A stretch of 64,000 bases of DNA from Bacteroidia bacterium. GTDB taxonomy: Bacteria; Bacteroidota; Bacteroidia; NS11-12g; UBA9320. Positions 58,440 to 64,000 of this stretch are shown here, piece after piece; position 1 is the first letter of the stretch; every line of letters starts with the position of its first letter. Location of the stretch: NCBI GenBank assembly GCA_965216465.1, contig CBDCFW010000004.1:32001-96000 (forward strand), read 5' to 3'. A program made the position numbers and the translations under genes. The notes beneath the pieces were generated by a model that saw nothing but the letters and a program-made list of their open reading frames with translations, was not told the DNA's origin and ran no database searches.

Positions 58440-58886
58440 TTAAAACGGTAAATCGTCGTCCCCTTCGTCCAATATATCGCCCATGGCTACCTCGTTATGT
58501 TTTTCGACATTTTTAGCCACTTCTTTATTTTGAGGTGCTGCAGCAGGTGGTTGTCCTCCGCCAGAAGCACGATCAAGCATGTTCATAGTATTCACACGAA
58601 TTCGAGTAGTGTAACGCTTTACTCCATCTTTCTCCCACTCTTCTGTTTTCAGCTTTCCTTCAACGTAAACCAGTGATCCTTTACGTAGGTATTTTTCAGC
58701 GACTTTAGCCAATCCATCCCACATCTCGAGATTATGCCATTCTGTTTGCTCAACTTTATTGCCGTTACGGTCTGTGTATCTCTCGTTGGTGGCAATGGTT
58801 AGATTTGCAACTGCTCTGTTTTGATCTAAATATCTAACCTCAGGGTCTTTGCCTAGATGACCTACCAATATTACTTTGTTAATCAT
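58440..58886 (-). CDS. ssb: Single-stranded DNA-binding protein
   Basis: '[14 protein letters not shown]', 'TEWH', C-terminal 'DDDLPF'. Confidence 0.97.
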   Translation of the reverse strand: MINKVILVGHLGKDPEVRYLDQNRAVANLTIATNERYTDRNGNKVEQTEWHNLEMWDGLAKVAEKYLRKGSLVYVEGKLKTEEWEKDGVKRYTTRIRVNTMNMLDRASGGGQPPAAAPQNKEVAKNVEKHNEVAMGDILDEGDDDLPF

Positions 58887-59922
58887 TTGATATTCTGTGT
58901 GTTAAGTATTTTGATGTGAGTGCTGAAGTTGGGTACTTATTAGCAAGCTCATCAATTCCTATTTCAAATATATCGTTTTTCAAAAACTTTGGTTTTTGAG
59001 ATAGCTTGAATGTGTAAAAGTTCGCATAAATTTTACGGTGCGACAACAGATGGGTTGCCTCATATTTTGACATAAATTCAAGCTTTTGAGCTTTGAGAAT
59101 CTTGCCAGTATTAGGTAACTCATCTTTTGGTTTATGATCAGACTCTAAAAGTGGAAATTGGTACAGATTCTTCCAAATTCCTTCCGTTCTTTTTTGGATG
59201 TAAGTAGCGTTTTTATATTCGAAAATCAGATATGTGTGATAAATCTCCTTGACTGAGGTTTTAGATGACTTTTTTGGTAACGCAGAAGTCATATTTTGAG
59301 CATGACCCATGCAGCTGTTTTGTAGCGGACATACATCACAATTTGGATTTTTGGGTTTACAAACGAGCGACCCAAGTTCCATAATTGCCTGATTAAAAAT
59401 ATCGGGCTTTTTGGTGTCAAAAATTGAATCAACGGCTTCTCTTATTTTTCGTTTTCCTATGGGTTTGTCAATTGGGTCTTCAATACAAAAGAGACGAGAA
59501 ATTACCCGATAAACATTGCCATCAATTACGGGATGCGGGAGCTTAAATGCAAAGCTTGCAATTGCTGCTGCGGTGTAATCCCCAACTCCTTTTAAATTTC
59601 TGATATCTTGGTAGTTACTGGGAAATTCACCCTTCATTTGAAATCCAATTTCTTGAGCGGTATGATGCATGTTTCGAGCCCTTGAATAGTAGCCTAAACC
59701 TTGCCATAATCGAAGCACATCTTCTTCAGTTGCAGAGGCTAAATCTTCAATAGTTGGGAAGTGAGAAAGAAAGCTTTTGAAGTAGGGCAAAGCTTGTTCA
59801 ACTCGTGTTTGTTGAAGCATGATTTCAGACAGCCAAATAGGGTATGGATCTTGGGTTTGTCGCCAAGGCAGATTTCGGCTGTTTTTTCCATACCATTTTA
59901 TCAGTAACTCGCTTATTCTCAA
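58879..59922 (-). CDS. mutY: A/G-specific adenine glycosylase
   Basis: 'LPWR', 'SEIMLQQT', '[12 protein letters not shown]', HhH 'LKGVGDYTA', FeS motif '[12 protein letters not shown]'. Confidence 0.96.
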   Translation of the reverse strand: MRISELLIKWYGKNSRNLPWRQTQDPYPIWLSEIMLQQTRVEQALPYFKSFLSHFPTIEDLASATEEDVLRLWQGLGYYSRARNMHHTAQEIGFQMKGEFPSNYQDIRNLKGVGDYTAAAIASFAFKLPHPVIDGNVYRVISRLFCIEDPIDKPIGKRKIREAVDSIFDTKKPDIFNQAIMELGSLVCKPKNPNCDVCPLQNSCMGHAQNMTSALPKKSSKTSVKEIYHTYLIFEYKNATYIQKRTEGIWKNLYQFPLLESDHKPKDELPNTGKILKAQKLEFMSKYEATHLLSHRKIYANFYTFKLSQKPKFLKNDIFEIGIDELANKYPTSALTSKYLTHRISND

Positions 59923-59973
59923 AATATTTCTTCAAAAAAAAGACCAATAATCCAAAAATTGTTAAAAAAAAAT

Positions 59974-59981
59974 TACATTTG
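59974..59981 (+). promoter_or_regulatory. -7 promoter element of the HU-bS22-rng operon
   Basis: TACATTTG about 28 bp upstream of the HU ATG. Confidence 0.6.
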
Positions 59982-60009
59982 CGTTCCAACTTATAAATCC
60001 TGATTACAA

Positions 60010-60288
60010 ATGACTAAAGCAGAAGTAGTTAACGAAATAGCAGAGCGCACTGGCGTAGAAAAAGCAGTTGTACAAGAAACCGTAGAAAGTTTCTTTAAAG
60101 TTGTTAAAGGTTCTATCGTCAATGGCGAGAATGTGTACTTCAGAGGATTTGGTAGTTTCGTGGTTCAAAGAAGAGCTCAAAAGATTGCGAGAAACATTTC
60201 TAAGAACACGCAAATCACAATCCCAGCACACAACATTCCTAAATTCAAACCAGCAAAGTCTTTCGTAGAAAAGGTCAAGAAGGGGTAA
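60010..60288 (+). CDS. HU/IHF-family DNA-binding protein
   Basis: 'MTKAEVV', 'RGFGSF', 'ARNISKN...IPAHNIPKFKP'. Confidence 0.93.
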   Translation: MTKAEVVNEIAERTGVEKAVVQETVESFFKVVKGSIVNGENVYFRGFGSFVVQRRAQKIARNISKNTQITIPAHNIPKFKPAKSFVEKVKKG

Positions 60289-60304
60289 TTCATAGGATTA
60301 CGAA

Positions 60305-60769
60305 TTGAATAACAAAACCATCATCAATGCTGCGATTATCGTGGCAGGCATTTGCTTAGTAGGTTTACTAAGTTTCAAAGGTTGGAAATCATCAACTAAG
60401 CAAGTTGAATCTCACGATCATGCAACACATGATCATTCTGCAGACGAGGAAACTGCTCACAGCGAAGAGTCATCACTATCTCCTGAAGAACTCGATTTGG
60501 AAGTTGAATTGGCATTGGAAAACATCGCCAAGTACAGAGAGGAAGGGAATGTAGGTCTTATGATGGCTGAAGGTATTCAGAAGCTTTTAGCTGTTGTTCG
60601 ACAAGATCCAGATAATGTAAAAGCCAACTATCATCTGGGTTTATTTTCAATTGAATCAGGACAATTAGAAAAAGCTGAAAAAAGATTTGAAAAATTAGTA
60701 CTTTTGCAGCCCGAAAATCAGGAGTATCAAAAACTACTTTCTGATATTCGCAGCCAATTAGGAAAATAA
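60305..60769 (+). CDS. Membrane-anchored TPR protein with His-rich linker
   Basis: N-terminal TM helix, 'SHDHATHDHS', TPR-like 'PDNVKANYHLGLFSIESGQLEKAEKRFEKL'. Confidence 0.75.
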   Translation: MNNKTIINAAIIVAGICLVGLLSFKGWKSSTKQVESHDHATHDHSADEETAHSEESSLSPEELDLEVELALENIAKYREEGNVGLMMAEGIQKLLAVVRQDPDNVKANYHLGLFSIESGQLEKAEKRFEKLVLLQPENQEYQKLLSDIRSQLGK

Positions 60770-60790
60770 AAACTTTTAAAATATTCAATT

Positions 60791-60883
60791 ATGCCAAGCG
60801 GTAAAAAAAGAAAGAGACATAAAATTGCTACGCACAAGCGTAAAAAACGTCTGAGAAAAAACAGACACAAAAAGAAAAAATAA
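60791..60883 (+). CDS. 30S ribosomal protein bS22-like (30 aa; absent from the ORF track)
   Basis: Translated by hand: MPSGKKRKRHKIATHKRKKRLRKNRHKKKK*. Closely resembles the bS22 seen in the Flavobacterium johnsoniae ribosome. Confidence 0.85.
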   Translation: MPSGKKRKRHKIATHKRKKRLRKNRHKKKK

Positions 60884-60900
60884 TATCATCCTGACGAGAC

Positions 60901-62460
60901 ATGGCCTACGATATGATTATAGACGTAGGATCAGAAGGAGAAAGAATTGCTCTGCTCAAGGACAAGAAACTTGTTGAATTACACCAAGAGAAATCTGACA
61001 ATGGTTTCCAAGTTGGTGAAATTTACTTAGGTAAAGTAAAGAAAATCATGCCAGGCCTCAACGCCGCTTTTGTCGACGTTGGCCACGAGAAGGATGCTTT
61101 TCTACATTATCACGATTTAGGACCATACATAAAGTCCTGGTTAAAAATTACCAAAGATTCTGCTCAAGGGAGTAGAAAAAATGGTGACTTATCTGAGTTT
61201 ACCTTAGAACCTGAAACCCTCAAAACAGGGAAAATCGGTGACGTTCTTAAACGAAACCAACAGATTCTTGTTCAAATAGCAAAGGAGCCTATATCTTCTA
61301 AAGGTCCAAGGCTTACCACAGAAATTTCAATTGCGGGTAAGTACTTCATTCTGGTGCCTTTTTATGATACCGTTAATGTATCTAAAAAAGTAAGCACAGT
61401 TAATGAAAGAAAACGTCTTAAAAATTTGGCAACAAGTCTTAAGACTCCTAAGCTTGGGTTAATCTGTAGAACTGCAGCTGAAAAGAAAGGTGGGCAAGAT
61501 CTTCATCAAGATATTATTGAACTTCAACAACGTTGGGATAGCATATTCAAGATTCTTCCTGATGCCAAACCAAAGGATAGAATATTAGGTGAAGCACAAA
61601 AGAGCTTTGCCATTCTTCGTGACTTGTTAAGCTACGAATTCTCATCCATCACGGTTAACACCAAAAGCTTATACGATCAGCTGAAAGGACATTTAGGAGG
61701 AATTAACAAACAACTTCCTAAAATCCTGAAGCAGTATAGCGGTAAGGAGAACATCTTTAGTCAATTTGGTATTGAGAAGCAGATCAAAAGTTCATTCGGA
61801 AAAACAGTATCATGTCCCGGAGGAGCATATTTAATTATTGAGCATACCGAAGCGATGCACAGCATCGACGTAAATAGTGGCAGTAAGCAGAATAAGTTTA
61901 TTAACCAGGAAGAAAATGCATTGGCAACCAATTTAGATGCTGCTACCGAAATTGCTCGTCAACTTCGTTTACGCGACATGGGAGGCATAATCGTAATTGA
62001 TTTTATCGACCTCAGAACAGCCAGTTTTAAAAAGCAACTCTTTAATACGCTCAAAGAAGCGATGGCTGAAGATAAGGCCAAACATACCATCTTACCGATG
62101 AGTAAATTTGGACTTATTCAAATTACTCGCCAAAGGGTTCGACCAGAGATGTCGATTAAAACCGCAGAAAAATGTCCTACCTGCAAAGGAACAGGTTCGG
62201 TTATGTCTAGCTCGCTGATATTTGATGATATTGAGAAGCATTTAGATCACCTGTTAATGTCTGCGAAACACAGTAAGTTAACATTGATTACTAATCCTTA
62301 CTTAGCTGCATACGCCTCTCATGGCTTCCCTTCAAAAAGGATGTCTTGGTTTATGAAGTACAAAAAGTGGGTTAAGGTGAAATCAGATATCTCACATGGA
62401 ATGTTAGATTATTCCTTTGCTGATGAGCATAATGAAACTATCGACATTGGTCAACCGTAA
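60901..62460 (+). CDS. rng: Ribonuclease E/G family
   Basis: S1 'GEIYLGKV..IMPGLNAAFVD', 'KGPRLT', 'IDVNSG', 'RLRDMGGIIVIDFID', 'CPTCKG'; no long RNase E tail. Confidence 0.93.
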   Translation: MAYDMIIDVGSEGERIALLKDKKLVELHQEKSDNGFQVGEIYLGKVKKIMPGLNAAFVDVGHEKDAFLHYHDLGPYIKSWLKITKDSAQGSRKNGDLSEFTLEPETLKTGKIGDVLKRNQQILVQIAKEPISSKGPRLTTEISIAGKYFILVPFYDTVNVSKKVSTVNERKRLKNLATSLKTPKLGLICRTAAEKKGGQDLHQDIIELQQRWDSIFKILPDAKPKDRILGEAQKSFAILRDLLSYEFSSITVNTKSLYDQLKGHLGGINKQLPKILKQYSGKENIFSQFGIEKQIKSSFGKTVSCPGGAYLIIEHTEAMHSIDVNSGSKQNKFINQEENALATNLDAATEIARQLRLRDMGGIIVIDFIDLRTASFKKQLFNTLKEAMAEDKAKHTILPMSKFGLIQITRQRVRPEMSIKTAEKCPTCKGTGSVMSSSLIFDDIEKHLDHLLMSAKHSKLTLITNPYLAAYASHGFPSKRMSWFMKYKKWVKVKSDISHGMLDYSFADEHNETIDIGQP

Positions 62461-62924
62461 TGGCAATCAAGTTCGTTGTTTTTGACCCTACTAAAGAAAA
62501 ATTCTTTCAGCAAAGTGAGAAAGAATACCTCAAACGATTAACCAAATATTGTAAACTTCAATACATCACTCTTCCTGCATCTAAAAAGTCAGTAAAGCGA
62601 GAAGATTGTTTGAGAATGGAGGAAGAAGCCTTACTTAGACACGTGTCGCCTACTGACCACCTGGTTTTAATGGATGAAAAAGGAGAACAATGGTCGAGCA
62701 GAAAGTTTGCACAAAAGCTTAACGAAAATTTAATTCATCAACCCGATATTACCTTTGTAATAGGCGGTGCATTTGGTTTTTCAGATATGGTTAGACAAAG
62801 GGCTAATGCATCTTGGAGCCTATCAAAACTTACTTTTCCGCACCACTTGGTTCGAACAATATTTCTTGAACAGTTGTATCGAGCGTTTACCATCTTGAAC
62901 GGAGAGAAATATCATAACGACTAG
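62460..62924 (+). CDS. rlmH: 23S rRNA m3Psi1915 methyltransferase
   Basis: 'FVIGGAFG', 'SLSKLTFPH..VR..FLEQLYRA', C-terminal 'KYHND'. Confidence 0.95.
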   Translation: MAIKFVVFDPTKEKFFQQSEKEYLKRLTKYCKLQYITLPASKKSVKREDCLRMEEEALLRHVSPTDHLVLMDEKGEQWSSRKFAQKLNENLIHQPDITFVIGGAFGFSDMVRQRANASWSLSKLTFPHHLVRTIFLEQLYRAFTILNGEKYHND

Positions 62925-63011
62925 GAATTAATCTACAATCTGGTCACATTTCGCGGATATAAATTTGATTTTTAGCAAACTTTGATATGTTTGCAGCGTT
63001 TACAATTAGTA

Positions 63012-63290
63012 ATGGGACGTAAAAAGAAAGACAATTCAGAGGAAAAGAAGAAGATGGGAAGGCCGCCTACTAAACCGGTAACTAAAAGGCTTGCCTATTA
63101 TGTAAATGTGAAAGTGAATAACTCTATGAACTATCAGGTTACAAATGTTTTGATTAGTAAGGATACTATTCCTGAAGTCAAACAATTAATTGCTCGATCT
63201 CCACAGCAAGTTGAGCTACTTGGTTATTGGAATGGAAAAGAGTACGAACCTGTACCCGAATTAGAAGAATTCATTAAAAGCAGAGGATAA
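63012..63290 (+). CDS. Small hypothetical protein with basic N-terminus; probable start at 63012
   Basis: ATG downstream of TATGTTTG (62986-62993); 'MGRKKK...KKMGRPPTKP'; followed by a terminator. Confidence 0.65.
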   Translation: MGRKKKDNSEEKKKMGRPPTKPVTKRLAYYVNVKVNNSMNYQVTNVLISKDTIPEVKQLIARSPQQVELLGYWNGKEYEPVPELEEFIKSRG

Positions 63291-63309
63291 TCTGCGATAA
63301 GAATATTTT

Positions 63310-63337
63310 AAAGGGGTGCACATTGCACCCCTTTTTT
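63310..63337 (+). terminator. Intrinsic terminator
   Basis: AAAGGGGTGCA-CAT-TGCACCCCTTT plus T run. Confidence 0.85.
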
Positions 63338-63340
63338 GTT

Positions 63341-64000
63341 TTGAAAAGTAATTACTCTATATCGTTTTGGCTGCTTTGCATAAGTGCCTTGTTGTTCTTT
63401 TTGAGCTTCAATATTATTATTCCTGAAATGCCCGATTATATATCGAGTTTAGGGGGTGAAGATTACAAAGGTTACATCATTGGTTTGTTTACATTGGCGG
63501 CAGCTTTTTCAAGGCCAATTAGTGGTAAGTTGGCGGATTCAATCGGACGTCGTCCGGTAATGATATTTGGAGGTTTGGTGTGTGTGGTAGTGTCTTTTTT
63601 CTACCCGTTATTTACCACTGTATTTGCATTTTTGTTGTTGCGATTGTTTCATGGGTTATCTACTGGTTTTATGCCGACAGGGTCAACAGCATATGTTGCA
63701 GATATTGTACCAGCTGATAGAAGAGGTGAAGCAATGGGTATCATGGGTATAATGAGCAATCTTGGATTTATGATTGGGAATGCACTAAGCTCATTTTTAA
63801 TGGCACAAATTGGCCTGGTAAACTTGTTTTACCTTTCTGGGATACTCGCATTTTTATCAGTTGCAATCATCTTCAAGCTTCCAGAAAGCAATCACGAAAA
63901 GCAAAAATTTAGATGGGAATTTTTGAGGATTAGAAAAGATGATATTTGGGACAAACGGGCAATTAATCCAGCGGTGGTTACCATGTTGACCGTAATGAGT
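63341..64000 (+). CDS. MFS transporter; 3'-truncated by the window edge; absent from the ORF track
   Basis: TTG start. Hand translation MKSNYSISFWLLCISALLFFLSFNIIIPEMP..., MFS motif A 'GKLADSIGRR', then 'RLFHG' and 'RRGEAMG'. Confidence 0.88.
   Translation, partial: MKSNYSISFWLLCISALLFFLSFNIIIPEMPDYISSLGGEDYKGYIIGLFTLAAAFSRPISGKLADSIGRRPVMIFGGLVCVVVSFFYPLFTTVFAFLLLRLFHGLSTGFMPTGSTAYVADIVPADRRGEAMGIMGIMSNLGFMIGNALSSFLMAQIGLVNLFYLSGILAFLSVAIIFKLPESNHEKQKFRWEFLRIRKDDIWDKRAINPAVVTMLTVMS

Noticed and set aside
171-60788. Many 60-140 aa ORFs antisense to or nested in well-supported genes (e.g. 15236-15658, 20865-21248, 8032-8340)
   Set aside because: Shadow frames of conserved genes with no recognisable motifs or expression signals.
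1-64000. Mobile elements, prophage, defence systems, rRNA or tRNA genes
   Set aside because: No transposase, integrase, phage or defence-type ORFs, and no tRNA- or rRNA-like sequence in the few intergenic gaps.

Overview
64 kb of compact, AT-rich chromosome from a Bacteroidota bacterium. The assignment rests on TAnnTTTG promoters, no obvious Shine-Dalgarno motifs, T9SS cargo proteins, and porT, gldD and gldE. The window is mostly housekeeping: pheT-zapB-zapA-rny-hutI, rpsO-pnp, the dcw cluster (mraZ to ftsZ), ubiE-porT-tgt-lptF/G-truB-ribF, mutY-ssb-gldE-gldD and HU-bS22-rng-rlmH. I saw no rRNA, tRNA, CRISPR or mobile element. The most notable signal is non-coding and links three loci into a possible small-RNA circuit. 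(1) A candidate ~100-nt RNA at 37130-37230 (+) has a sigma54-type -24/-12 promoter, a 5' GNRA hairpin and its own terminator. (2) A candidate ~190-nt RNA at about 2719-2530 (-), 34 kb away, has a canonical TTG-19-TAnnTTTG promoter, and its first 25 nt are complementary to the middle of RNA (1). (3) A stand-alone response regulator at 34610-34981 (-) also has a sigma54-type promoter, and its ~24-nt 5' UTR is complementary to the same RNA. A TCCCAAAATGRGA motif sits upstream of both RNA loci. All of this was read by eye; expression and function are inferred, not shown.
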